Source: Planktothrix sp. GU0601_MAG3
GTDB taxonomy: Bacteria > Cyanobacteriota > Cyanobacteriia > Cyanobacteriales > Microcoleaceae
Assembly: GCA_035193785.1 (NCBI GenBank)
Contig: CP136572.1
Coordinates: 2,132,578-2,196,577 of the forward strand
Direction of reading: 5' to 3'
Length of the DNA stretch: 64,000 nucleotides
Shown here: one piece after another, positions 1-11,819 of the stretch
Layout: every line of letters begins with the position of its first letter
Position numbering within the stretch: position 1 is the stretch's first letter
Translations under genes and position numbers: made by a program
Notes under the pieces: model-generated
What the model saw: only the letters and a program-made list of their open reading frames with translations
Databases searched by the model: none
Told to the model about the DNA's origin: nothing

Positions 1-1526
1 TAATAAGAATAAAGGGAGTTTTACTAATTCCGATGAAGAATTTTTAAGGGCGTTTAATGCCCAGGCGGGCATTGCCCTACAAAATGCTCAGTTATTTGAA
101 AATGTTATGGTGGAAAAACAATATCAGAAGGATATTTTACAAAGTCTTTCTGATGTGGTGATTTCCACGGATTTACAAGGAAAAATTGTCACGATTAATG
201 ATGCAGCTTTGGAATTATTGGGCTGTCCTCAACCTCAAATGGGCGATCGCTCCATTCGTCAATATTGGGAAGAAAAATTAAGCGGACGTTATGTTTGGGA
301 AGTCCTACCAATTGACAATTTAAGATTCCGTTTAGAAGATAGTCTCCACCATGCCGCCCGTCATTATGTTCCTGAACAAAGTTTAACCGTCGGTTTAATT
401 AAACAGGAAGAAACTCAAGGAGATGTCATCCAAACTAGCTATATTTTAGGCATTCCCGATCACTCTAATTCGGAAATTTATCATCCCTGGGGACAACCCA
501 CAGACCCCCAATCCAATAATATAACCTATCCTAAACAGCAAGTTCGACCAATCGAACGCAGTATTAATTTAACAGTTAATCCCCTAACTAATCCCGAAGG
601 TGGAGTTAGAGGAGGTCTAGTAGTTTTAGAAGATATTAGTCGGGAAAAACGGATGAAAACCACCATGTATCGCTATATGACTCCGGGGGTAGCCGAACAG
701 GTTATGGCCTTGGGAGAAGATGTTTTAATGGTGGGAGAACGTAAAGAAGTGACGATTTTATTTTCCGATATTCGGGGTTATACAACATTAACAGAAAATT
801 TAGAAGCCTCCGATGTGGTGGCCTTATTAAACCAATATTTTGAAACTATGGTAGAAGCGGTTTTTTCCCATGAAGGTACTTTAGATAAATTCATTGGGGA
901 TGCTTTAATGGCGGTGTTTGGGGCACCCCTACCCCTACGAGATAATCATGCTTGGATGGCGGTAAAATCAGCTTTAGATATGCGCCGTCGTCTGAAGGAA
1001 TTTAACCAAATGCGACCGGATGAACCGCAAATTAGAATCGGTATTGGTATGAGTTTCGGGGGAAGTGGTATCGGGAAATATTGGCTCCCAAAAACGCATG
1101 GACTATACCGTTATTGGGGATGGGGTGAATTTAAGTTCTCGCTTAGAACAAATTACTAAACAATATGGTTGTGATATTATTATTAGTGAGATGACCTATC
1201 ATTTATGTCAAGATAAAATTTGGGTGAGGGAATTGGATCGGGTGCGGGTAAAAGGCAAGAATCAAGCGGTGAGTATTTATGAGTTAATTGGCAATCGTTC
1301 GATTGCTTTAGATGAATCAGTAAGAGAGTTTTTAGAGTGTTTTAATCAAGGGAGAATCGCTTATTTAGCAAAAGATTTTAAACAAGCAATTCGGATTTTT
1401 GAAGAGGCGAAAAAAATGCGTCCTGATGACCGGGCGGTACAAATTCATATTGGGCGATCGCAACAATATTTACAAACTTCTATTCCTGAAGAATGGGATG
1501 GAGTTTATACGATGACCACAAAATAA
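1..1526 (+). CDS. cyaB: Class III adenylate cyclase, CyaB-type (GAF-PAS-cyclase); 5' end outside window; frameshift at 1053
   Basis: Frame from nt 2 reads NKNKGSFTNSDEE (GAF NKFDE motif); PAS; FSDIRGYT, DKFIGDALM, DYTVIGDGVNLSSRLE. Confidence 0.85.
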
Positions 1527-1595
1527 ATAGAAGTATAGCAGGGAAAGCTGAGGGTTAGGGCTAATAAAATTACCCATTACCCATTACCCATATAA

Positions 1596-2238
1596 CTACT
1601 TCCCTTGTCGTTTAACTTCCTGTTCAATTTGATTTGGAATATTATCTATTTCTGTAGATAGTTTTTCCAGAGATTGTTCGACTTTTTTGTGTAATTCATT
1701 CATTTGATGTTGTTGTAAATTTCCCCATTGGGGTAATTGATTAATAAATTGTTGTAGATCCACAATCACATGGGTTAAAGTATTAATCTGGTCTAACTCC
1801 GGCCGTTTTTGGAACGCCTGCACAACAATTTCTAACTCCGATTGCATCATACTTAAAGTCTTTTCTAATAGATTTTGACGTTCTAATAAATTTTGAATCA
1901 CCGCCATTAAAGATTGCAATTCCTGAGCTAATTGAGGATTGGGATTTAAAGCAAGTCCCGAAGATATATTTAAAGTAGAGATAGTTTTCTGTAACTGATC
2001 CATGAGTTGATCTAAATCAGCTTGATGTTGCTGAGTTAAACTTTTATTTGTCGCACTATTTTTCCGAATTTGTTGGGCTAATAATTGACGATTAAGCCAA
2101 TTCAATCCCAGGGCGAAGGCGCCCGGAATTGCTGCATAGGTGATTGGTTGTCCGGTGAGCAGACCAAAGGAAACCGATAATTGCTGCCATAATAAAAATT
2201 AATTCGACCAGTTCCGGCCATTGCTTTTTATTAAACAT
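1596..2238 (-). CDS. Hypothetical protein, N-terminal TM segments plus coiled coil; frameshift at 2170
   Basis: ATG at 2238 (MFNKKQWPELVELIFIMAAIIG) joins the 169-aa Q/L-rich ORF after removing one base. Confidence 0.55.
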
Positions 2239-2444
2239 ATTATTTGTATTAATTATTAAATTCAAGGGGATAGGGGCTAGGGGAGTTGAGACTAGGAAAG
2301 CAATATTGATACATCAATCCAGTCCGCTTTTCTAAATACTTCAACCAAAGGATATTGACTATCTTGATATCTTCTACTTTTTTCCTTAAGTGTTTGCCAA
2401 CGCAATAATTATACTATAATTGATCAAGTTTAGTAAACTCAGTA

Positions 2445-3666
2445 ATGATTAAAATATTGCATCTTTCGGATATTCATTTAGGAAGTGGTTTTTCCCATGG
2501 ACAAATCAATCCTGAAACGGGCTTAAATACTCGTTTAGAGGACTTTACCGCCACCTTGGGACGTTGTATTGATCGGGCGATCGCAGAACCCGTAGATTTG
2601 GTCTTATTTGGCGGAGATGCCTTTCCTGATGCGACTCCGGCTCCCTATGTTAAACAGGCTTTTGCCGCTCAATTTCGACGGTTAGTGGATGCAGAAATTC
2701 CCACGGTTTTATTAGTAGGAAATCACGATCAACATTCCCAGGGACAAGGGGGAGCTAGTTTAGGGATTTATCGAACTTTAGGAGTTCCCGGTTTTGTAGT
2801 GGGGGATAGTTTAGCAACCCATACCATTCAAACCCGCAACGGTGCGATTCAAATTATTACTTTACCTTGGTTAACCCGGTCAACCTTATTAACTCGTCCC
2901 GAAACAGAAGGACTCTCTTTAGAAGCAGTAAATCAACTCTTAATTGACCGTTTAACCGTCGTTTTAGAGGGAGAAATTCGGCAGTTAGACCCGGAATTAC
3001 CCACCATTTTATTAGGGCATTTGATGGCGGATAAAGCCAATTTAGGAGCGGAAAGATTTTTGGCTGTTGGTAAAGGATTTAATATTCCCCTGTCCTTATT
3101 AACCCGCTCTTGTTTTGATTATGTCGCCCTGGGTCATGTTCATAAACATCAAAATCTGAATCGGACTAATGATCCCCCTGTTATTTATCCGGGAAGTATT
3201 GAGCGAGTTGATTTTAGCGAAGAAAAAGAAGACAAAGGATTTGTTTTAGTTGAAGTCGAAAAAGGTCAAGTTAAATGGCAATTCTGTGCCTTAACTGTAC
3301 GGTCTTTTTGTACAATAAAAGTAGATATTTCTAAAGTGGATAATCCTGTGGAAACCTTAATTAAGGTCATTGAAAAAAATCCTATTCAAGATGCGGTTGT
3401 CCGGTTAATTTATCAACTGCGTTTCCGACCAATTAGACTTGATTAATAATACGGAATTACAACAGCTTTTGAGGGCCGCCCATAGCTACACTATTAAGCC
3501 CGAATTAGTTAGCCAATTAGCACGACCTCGTTTACCCGAATTGGATTCTGGAAGTAGTATTGATCCCCTGGATGCACTCAGAACCTATTTAACCAGTCGG
3601 GAGGATTTACTAGGATTTCAAGCCGAAATGATGGAAGCGGCTCAACTGCTATTGGCGGGAGAATAA
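2445..3666 (+). CDS. sbcD: Exonuclease SbcCD subunit D; frameshift at 3421
   Basis: Metallophosphoesterase motifs HLSDIHLG, GGDAF, GNHD, LGHVH. Confidence 0.9.
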
Positions 3667-3671
3667 TAGAA

Positions 3672-4949
3672 TTAAGATTCAGGTGGGGAAGAATTATTCC
3701 GGTGTTTTAAAGTTTGTCCAATTAACTCAATTAAACCTTGACTATTGGAGTCTGAATTTATTGGTTTCTCAGGAGTATAATCTGATAGTTGACTCAACTC
3801 AGGATTCATATTTTTGGCTTGTTCTACAATTAAAATAATCAAATTAGGATTGTAATTATCAATCAGGTGTTTTAATTCTTTCATCACCATTTCCACCCGT
3901 TCTAACTTCAAGGAAACAGAACGGGAAATACCGGATTGATTGTGAGCAATATCCTGGAGTTTGTGAACATGAAATTTAAAGTGATTAGCTATCTTATTCA
4001 TCTGCTGATTAATATTTAAAATTTGATTCAGCATTTGATTAATTTCTGTATTAATTTGATTGAATCCTTGAGGTGTAGATTGGGATTGATAAGCGGCAAT
4101 CGATCCTTTAACAGCTAAATGACGAATTTGTTGGAGAATTTTACTACTTAAATTACAAGCGGATTCCATTGAGTCTAAATCATTAGCAATAGACGTGCTG
4201 ATCTCTTGGATATGATCAGTATTGAAATTAATAGTATTAGCGTGGACAACAATTTCATTAAAAGATTTGTTTGTTTCCTTAATGACTAGCTGACTAATTT
4301 GCAAAAATTCTTCATTGATTTCGGTTATTTTTTGGGCTGTTTCAAAAATTTCCTGTTGTTTAACCTTTAAAAAATCCTCATAATTTTTCTTGATTAATAC
4401 TTGTTTATTCTGATAATATTTACTGCATTGTTTGACTTTGTTTCTTTCGTTTGTAATGACATCAAAAGCTTGTTTAATTTGAGATTTTTGTTGTTGAATA
4501 ACATTCTGAGCATGATTTAACAGTTGATTTTGAGCTAATAACAGCACTTGCACATCAAGAATCCGAAAAATTGTATGTTCAGAAACAATCACAATCGGCT
4601 CATAAATTAATTCTTTAGACCGATTTAATGCACTATTCACAGCATCTGCTATTTTAGAATTCATATCCAATAATAAAGGAGGAGTTCTGAGATAGTCAAG
4701 AAGCACCTGAATAGGACTATCAAAATAAAGATTTTCTCGCTGTGAGGTGTTGATTTGTTCACGAAATTTTGCTCGTGAAATCATTCCCAAGAAATGAGTT
4801 TCATCCATGACTATTACTCCGGGTAAATTAGGGTTTTGTGCGAAGTTTTGAGCAACGACTTTTCCTAAAGTAGTAGAACTGACCCGAAAATCATGAGAAA
4901 GGACAGAAGCTAAGGTAGAATCAAAGGTTATGGAAGATTGGCTGCTCAT
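3672..4949 (-). CDS. CBS-like N-terminal domain plus long coiled coil (chemoreceptor-like)
   Basis: PNLPGVIV..GMISR..EPIVI N-terminus typical of cyanobacterial CBS-like sensors; helical C-terminus with QIRHLAVKGSIAA. Confidence 0.5.
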   Translation of the reverse strand: MSSQSSITFDSTLASVLSHDFRVSSTTLGKVVAQNFAQNPNLPGVIVMDETHFLGMISRAKFREQINTSQRENLYFDSPIQVLLDYLRTPPLLLDMNSKIADAVNSALNRSKELIYEPIVIVSEHTIFRILDVQVLLLAQNQLLNHAQNVIQQQKSQIKQAFDVITNERNKVKQCSKYYQNKQVLIKKNYEDFLKVKQQEIFETAQKITEINEEFLQISQLVIKETNKSFNEIVVHANTINFNTDHIQEISTSIANDLDSMESACNLSSKILQQIRHLAVKGSIAAYQSQSTPQGFNQINTEINQMLNQILNINQQMNKIANHFKFHVHKLQDIAHNQSGISRSVSLKLERVEMVMKELKHLIDNYNPNLIILIVEQAKNMNPELSQLSDYTPEKPINSDSNSQGLIELIGQTLKHRNNSSPPES

Positions 4950-5098
4950 TCACTTTAGCGGTTTGGCGCAAACAAGGGTAATTCTAAGATCATATTGATC
5001 ACATTAGATTATTTTGTCAAGTTCAGCAGCCACAAAATCGTTAATAGCTACGGCTTTTTTCCTCCCCTATTCTTTAGAGTAACGGTTTCTATAAGCCT

Positions 5099-6956
5099 GT
5101 GGACGATATTTTATATCAGCAACTACAACAAGAGCGACTCTTAAATCAAGTTACGACTCAGATTTGTCAGAGTTTGGATTTATCGGTGATTTTATCAACG
5201 GCGGTTGAACAGTCGCGTCAATTTTTATTAGTAGATAGATTGATAATTTATCAATTCAATATCCAGCATCCATTAGAATTAGAGGATTATACAATTGATT
5301 ATTATCAGGAAAAACAGCCAGATTTTATTCAAAAATTTAATTTAGACTGTCTCTCTGGAAAAGTAACTTATGAGGCTTGTTCTTCTGAGCAAATTATTTC
5401 TGTTTTAAATATATCTGAGGAGGAAAATTATTTAAAGTATAGCTGTAATTTTCAGGATAAATATTATCAGGGTTTTATTCAATCGGTTTCTGATATTGAG
5501 GATACTTATAATAATTTCCCCTGTTTTATTAAATTTTTAAAAAAGTTTCAAGTGCAATCAATATTAGCGCTTCCAATTGTGGTTAAACAAGAGCTATGGG
5601 GGTTATTAATTGCTCACCAATGTTTGGAAAAACGTCAATGGAAAACCATGGAAAAAAGGTTTTTAAATCAAATCACCCAACATTTATCTATTGCAATTCA
5701 TCAAGCTGAACTTTATGCTCAACTTCAACAACAAAAACAAACCCTAGAACAACGAGTCCAAGAACGAACCCAAGCCCTCCATGATGCCCTATTAGGGGCG
5801 CAATCGGCAAACTTAGCTAAAAACCAATTTTTAGCTACTATGAGTCATGAATTGCGAACTCCCTTAACCTGTGTGATTGGAATTTCAGCCACTTTATTAC
5901 GCTATTCGGGGGAAAAACAAATCGAGAAGCAACTGTCCCCAGATAAGCAACGGGGGTATTTAACAACAATTCATGATAGTGGAGAAAAGTTACTGGAAAC
6001 TGATTAATAATATTTTGGATTTATCTCAAGTAGAATCTGGGAAAACAGTTCTCCAAATCAGTGAATTTTCCTTATCAAGGTTAGCTAACCAAGTGATCAA
6101 AACTTTGCAAGAAAAAGCTAAAAATCGTCAAATTGAACTAATTAATGAGACGCAAATTAAATCCAATCATAACTTATTTACCGGAGACTATAACCGGATT
6201 CTACAAATTTTATTTAGTTTATTAGAAAATGCTATAAAATTCACACCAAATGGAGGGAAAGTCACCCTAAAAATCAGAGTTGATCAGAATACTGTGATTT
6301 TGCAAGTTGAAGATACCGGAATTGGTATTCGTGATGATCAAAAATCCCTGCTATTTGAGAAATTTCAACAGTTAAATTCGAGCTATGACCGTCAGTATGG
6401 AGGCGCGGGTTTGGGTTTGGCTTTAACTAAACAATTAGTAGAATTACATGGAGGAATGATTCAATTTCAATCCCAGGTGGGAGTAGGTTCTATCTTTACC
6501 GTCCATTTACCAGCTTTACCCCTAAATTCTAAACTATCCCAGGATGAAATTAACCCATCAACCTCAAAAACTTCCCTCCCTTCGGTTTATCTTAATTCTC
6601 CCTATCGCAAGTGCGTTTTAATTGAAAATGATGAAGAAACAGCGACTTTAATTTGTGATTTATTAACCGTAGCTGGGTATCAAGTTGTCTGGTTAATTGA
6701 AGGATTTACCGCCGTGCAGCAAATTAAATTTTTACAGCCGGATGTTGTGATTATTAACCTGCATTTAGCCGGACAAATTAGCTATGAAATTTTGAATCAA
6801 CTTCAGGATAAACCTGAAACCCAAAAGATTAAGATTTTAGCCTTAACCCATGAAAATTCCTTTCCCGAATCTAAAATTTATAAAAACTTAGAAAATTATG
6901 ATTGTTTAGTAAAACCCATTAAACCTAATCAATTGTTAAATAAATTGGGTGATTAA
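5099..6956 (+). CDS. cikA: CikA-like GAF histidine kinase with pseudo-receiver; frameshift at 5996
   Basis: GAF (LLNQVTTQICQSLDL..LWGLLIAHQC), H-box MSHELRTPL, NAIKFT, DTGIG, GAGLGL; receiver has N at the Asp position (DVVIINL). Confidence 0.75.
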
Positions 6957-7097
6957 TCAGTTATCAGTTATCAGTCGTAGGGGCGGGTTCATCGAGATGC
7001 GCGGTGATTACAAAGATCTAAAATAACCCGCCCGTACCAGTCATCAGTCATCAGTTGATAGTTAATAGTTAATAGTTAATAGTTAATAGTTAATAGT
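6957..7097. repeat. Heptamer STRR arrays (TYATCAG, GTTAATA) flanking a GTAG-type palindrome at 6977-7037
   Basis: Direct inspection; gtaggggcgggtt...aacccgcccgtac. Confidence 0.85.
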
Positions 7098-7339
7098 GGA
7101 AGAGTGAATTGATGAACGAATAATGAATTCCGGGGTAATTACCCATTCTCTCCCAACAACCGTTAAAATCAGAAGTTGAGGTGCGAGGAAAGCCAGGGAT
7201 TAATTCTTGCGTCCTTTGGGTAAACTGTTGATTAAATCTACAACTGAAGCGGTAGACCTGCCCCGCTTCCCCTGGGAGATGCCACTAGAGCCTCTCAATT
7301 GATTAAACTTTAGGTAGGATATCTATTAAAACTGAGTTA

Positions 7340-8831
7340 ATGAATTTTTTATCTTTGCGATTAACAATATTTGGACTGTTGACCATTGGAGCCTTAATTC
7401 GTGTTCCGGTTGCCAATGCTAACCTCTCAAAAACCATCTATCCTGTCCCCCCATCCTCCTTTTCCCCTAGGGATTTAGTCTCTAATCACAGTCTTGATTC
7501 TCCCCTAATTTTGGCGGCTGATAAAACAGAAGAAGAAACCAATATTAAGGTCTATGAAAAGGCGAGTCCCGCCGTGGTTTCCATTGATACAAAAAAAACC
7601 AATGGCAGTGGAGCGATTATTAGTTCCGATGGCCTAGTGTTAACCAACGCTCATGTAGTATCTGGCGGAGGTACCGTCACCGTCACCCTAGCCGATGGCC
7701 GCAAGTTAGAAGCTGATGTTATCGCCTTTGGGGAGCCCGGACTCGATTTGGCCGTGCTGAAAATTCGCAATGTTCAAAACTTACCCACCATTTCCATCGC
7801 CAGTCCCAATTCGGTGAAAGTGGGTCAAAGGGCTTTTGCCATTGGTAATCCCTTTGGCCAATTCCAAAACACCTTAACCGTAGGAATTGTTAGTCGTTTG
7901 GACACAAACCGTAATTTAATTCAAACGGATGCAGCAATTAATCCGGGAAACTCCGGTGGCCCCCTACTCAACAGTGCTGGGGAATTAATTGGGGTGAATA
8001 CGGCGATTTTTACCCGGGGTCAGGGCGGGGGAAATATTGGTATTGGTTTTGCCATTTCCGTTGACCGGGTTTCCGCCATTTTTGCAAGAAGTGAAGGAGG
8101 GACGGGCATCTCGCACCCCGGCGACGGAAACCCCGGCTTTTGAAAAAGAAAATGCCAAACAAATTCAATTAAATGGCCCGGAAGTTACGGATACTTTGAA
8201 ACAGGGGGATGAAGTTTTACCCGTTGATAATAGTTTTTATCATGTTTATGCCTTTGAGGGAAAAGCGGGTCAACAGGTCACTATAGAAATGAATAGTAAT
8301 GAGGTGGATTCCTATTTAATTTTGTTAACAGAAGACGGAGACGAGTTGGCTCAAGATGATGATGGCGGGGGAGAGAAAAACGCCAAAATTGTCGCCACTT
8401 TACCAAAGGATGGAACTTATATTTTATTAGTTAATTCCTATGAAGCAGGAGAGGCGGGAGTCTATCGTTTACGCTTAAAAGCAACAGAATCCTCCCCTAA
8501 TTCGCCAACGGGTCAACTCATTTTAAATGAAAAAGGAGCCTTAGAAAATCAGGATTCTGTTTTGTCATCCGATGGCAGTTTGTATGATGAGTATACTTTT
8601 GAGGGAAAACAGGGACAGTCTATTTTAATTCGCTTAGAAAGTCAGGATTTTGATTCCTATTTGGCATTATTTGATTCCAAGGGAAAATTAATAGCTGAAA
8701 ACGATGATGCTAGTCAATCTGATAAAAACGCAGAAATTCGGGTGACTTTACCCGCCACGGGTAGGTATAGAGTGGTGGTCAATGCTTATGATAAAACAGG
8801 TCGAGGTCAGTATTTATTAACTGTCCGTTAG
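7340..8831 (+). CDS. Secreted trypsin-like (HtrA/Deg-type) serine protease with two PPC domains; frameshift at 8069
   Basis: Signal peptide, LTNAHVV, DLAVL, GNSGGPL; two Y.FEGK.GQ...DD PPC domains; no PDZ. Confidence 0.85.
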
Positions 8832-8881
8832 CGACCCCATAATTCCACTTACCTGATGCTGAAGTTTCCCCCCTATCCCCC

Positions 8882-9024
8882 CAGGGCTGTTTCATTCTCA
8901 GGGAAACCAGGGTTTTGTAGGGGTAGTGCCCCCGTGCCTACCCTCCCCATCCAAGATTTGCAGGCGTTTCAGGGATTGGGGCAACCACGGGGGGATTGCC
9001 CCTACAAAGAATGAAACAGCCCTG
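8882..9024. mobile_element. 143-bp MITE with 17-bp terminal inverted repeats and 10-bp target-site duplication
   Basis: CAGGGCTGTTTCATTCT...AGAATGAAACAGCCCTG; CCTATCCCCC at 8872-8881 and 9025-9034. Confidence 0.9.
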
Positions 9025-9034
9025 CCTATCCCCC

Positions 9035-9066
9035 ATTCGTAATTCGTAATTCGTAATTCGTAATTC
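9035..9066. repeat. STRR heptamer (ATTCGTA)n
   Basis: Direct inspection; same unit at ~19830-20006 and ~29013-29035. Confidence 0.85.
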
Positions 9067-9086
9067 CCCACCATATCGAGGTTTTT

Positions 9087-9675
9087 ATGCGATCAATGTT
9101 AATCTGGACAACAACAATGGGTGTATTGGCGGTGTTTCAGACCCCATTATTCGATGTCCTCAACATCTCTAGTTCCCATCCCTTGAGGGGTTTTGTCCTT
9201 GAAAAAGCCGTCGCCCAGGAAACCCCTAATCCTCAACCCTCAGATAGTCCTGAACCCCCAGTACCTGACCCAGTACCTGACCCAGTACCTGACCCAGCAC
9301 CTGACCCAGTACCCTCTCCAACACCCTCGACCGCACCTACCCCTCCGGCATCTGCTCCCCTATTATTAGAAAAGCCAGGTGAAACTCAAGGAGGGAGATC
9401 AGGTTTTAGCATCTGATAAAAGTTTGTATGATGAATATACCTTTGAAGGAAAAGAAGGTCAGCAAATCACCATTTCCTTAGAAAGTTCTGAGTTTGACGC
9501 CTATCTTGCCCTGTTTAATTCAGATAATGAATTACTGCAAGAACACGATGATATCAGTCAAACCAATTCCAATGCTGAAATTACGATAACTTTGCCCAAA
9601 ACCGGAACCTATCGAGTGATTGTTAATGCTTATGATAGTAAAGGTAGAGGAAAATATTTACTCAAAATCAAGTAA
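9087..9675 (+). CDS. Secreted single-PPC-domain protein with Pro-rich linker; frameshift at 9381
   Basis: Signal-like N-terminus, (PVPD)n 12-bp repeats, SLYDEYTFEGKEGQ PPC domain. Confidence 0.75.
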
Positions 9676-9706
9676 ATAAGGGAGGCGTACCCAGGGTGCG
9701 TCTCTA

Positions 9707-10054
9707 CTACAAGGCAATACTTTCTAATAGTACCCAACGGCGATTATCAATAATTAATTGACTGATTTGTTCAAAGATTTCTCGACAGTGATTATGGCTT
9801 TGTAGGGGTAGGGATTCATTTTTAATAAAAACCGTCATTTTAGTTTCATCTATCATGGAAGTAGCGGTGTCAAACACGATTTCAGCAATCACTAATTGAT
9901 TCACGCTCACTTGACCAATATTTTCCCTGGCAATAATAGAACTCGGTGTTTGATAGGTAATTTCTAGGTTACAGGATTCTAAAATATCAATCATCATCGG
10001 TCGGAGATCTTCGAGACCGACATTAACAACAAAAAATCCGGTGTATCGGGCCAT
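9707..10054 (-). CDS. Conserved cyanobacterial hypothetical protein
   Basis: MARYT start; KNESLPLQSHNHC motif typical of the gene divergent from tmk. Confidence 0.6.
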   Translation of the reverse strand: MARYTGFFVVNVGLEDLRPMMIDILESCNLEITYQTPSSIIARENIGQVSVNQLVIAEIVFDTATSMIDETKMTVFIKNESLPLQSHNHCREIFEQISQLIIDNRRWVLLESIAL

Positions 10055-10157
10055 AGGGAACTCCATCAAGTGCAAGAATTAATTTAGTTAGAGCTTAATC
10101 CATTCCAGACCTTATCATATTTATACAACATTTTGAATGCCAAGAGATAATTAACAG

Positions 10158-10803
10158 ATGCAGGGAAAATTAATTGTTTTTGAAGGAGTTGAAGGAGGGG
10201 GGAAAACCACTCAAATGCAACGTATCCAAGGGTGGTTACAAGGTCTGATAGATACCCCTGTGATCATTACACGGGAACCTGGCGGCACGCTATTAGGCCA
10301 GGAGTTGAGACGGTTATTGTTAGAATATCAGGGGGAGGAAACCCATCGAAAATCGGGCGGAATTATTAATGTATGCCGCCGACCGCGCCCAACACGTTGA
10401 GGGATTTATCAAGCCTTTATTATATCAGGGAAATATTATTTTGTGCGATCGCTACACCGATTCAACGATCGCCTATCAAGGCTATGGTCGAGGTTTAGAT
10501 CTAAATTTAATTCATCAGTTAAATCAAATTGCCACCCAGGGGTTAGAAAGTGATTTAACCCTATGGTTAGATATTGATGTGGAAATCGGACTCGCCAGAA
10601 CTCGAAATCGAGGTAAAATGGATCGCATGGAACAAGCTAATTTAGAATTTCATCAGCGTGTACAACAGGGATTTGAACAATTAGCCCAAGCCCACCCAGA
10701 CCGAATTATACCGATTAATGGGATGTTAAATATTGATCAAGTCACAGAGACAATTCAATTAATTTTAACTCAAAAATTAACAGCCTGGGGATTCGCAATT
10801 TAG
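10158..10803 (+). CDS. tmk: Thymidylate kinase; frameshift at 10338
   Basis: FEGVEGGGKTTQ, TREPGG, CDRYTDSTIAYQG. Confidence 0.95.
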
Positions 10804-10818
10804 GGTGATCAAAATAAA

Positions 10819-11782
10819 ATGAATACCTTTTTTGACCAATTGATCGAACAACAAGCTGCCATTGAGTTATTAACCCAAACTGTAGCCCAAAATCGCCTTG
10901 CTCCAGCCTATTTGTTTGCTGGAGTTGATGGTATTGGTCGGACATTAACTGCTAACTGTTTTATTGAATTTCTATTTTGCCAAAATCCCGATAAACCCGT
11001 CAATCAAAAACAAATTCACTCTCGTATTCAACAGAAAAATCACCCCGATATTTTATGGGTAGAAACCCACCTATTTACATCAGGGAAAACGACTTTCTAC
11101 CAAGGAAGCTACAGAAGCCGGAGTTAAACGGAAAGCCCCCCCGCAAATTCGGATTGAACAAATTAGAGAAATTGGTCAATTTTTGAGTCGTCCTCCCCTA
11201 GAAGCCTCTCGGTTAATGGTAGTAGTTGAACACGCGGAATCCATGCCGGAATCTGCTGCCAATGGGCTTTTAAAAACCCTAGAAGAACCGGGAAAAGCCA
11301 CAATTATTTTAATAGCACCCGGCATTGATTCTTTATTACCAACCTTGGTTTCTCGCTGTGCTAAAATCCCCTTTTATCGGTTAACTGATGGGGGGATGAT
11401 TCAGGTGCTAAAACGCCATAATTTTGAGGATATTCTATCCCATACGGAAATTTTAGCCATGGCACAAGGAAGCCCAGGACAAGCCATTTCCCATTGGCAA
11501 CAATTACAAACTATTCCTGTAGAATTTTTAAATAAAGTCAAAAAGCCCCCCTCTAATTTAAGATCGGCTTTAGAGTTAGCCAAGGAAATTAGCCAAACTT
11601 TAGACAGTGAAGCGCAACTTTGGTTAGTTGATTATTTACAACATTGTGATTGGCAAGAACAACAAAAAACCGGAATTATTGATCAAACTTTCTTGAAACA
11701 GTTAGAAAAAACCCGACAATATTTATTAAGTTATGTTCAACCTCGGTTGGTTTGGGAATGCACATTAATGAGTCGATTTTGA
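10819..11782 (+). CDS. holB: DNA polymerase III delta' subunit; frameshift at 11062
   Basis: PAYLFAG, NHPD, AANGLLKTLEEP, LLPTLVSRC; follows tmk. Confidence 0.92.
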
Positions 11783-11819
11783 AAATATAGGAAATAGGAA
11801 ATAGGCAATATAATTCTTT

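Noticed and set aside
7167..7304. Assignment as cobalamin riboswitch, 6S RNA or RNase P RNA
   Set aside because: Only short motif-like words in the wrong order; family identity cannot be supported without a covariance search.
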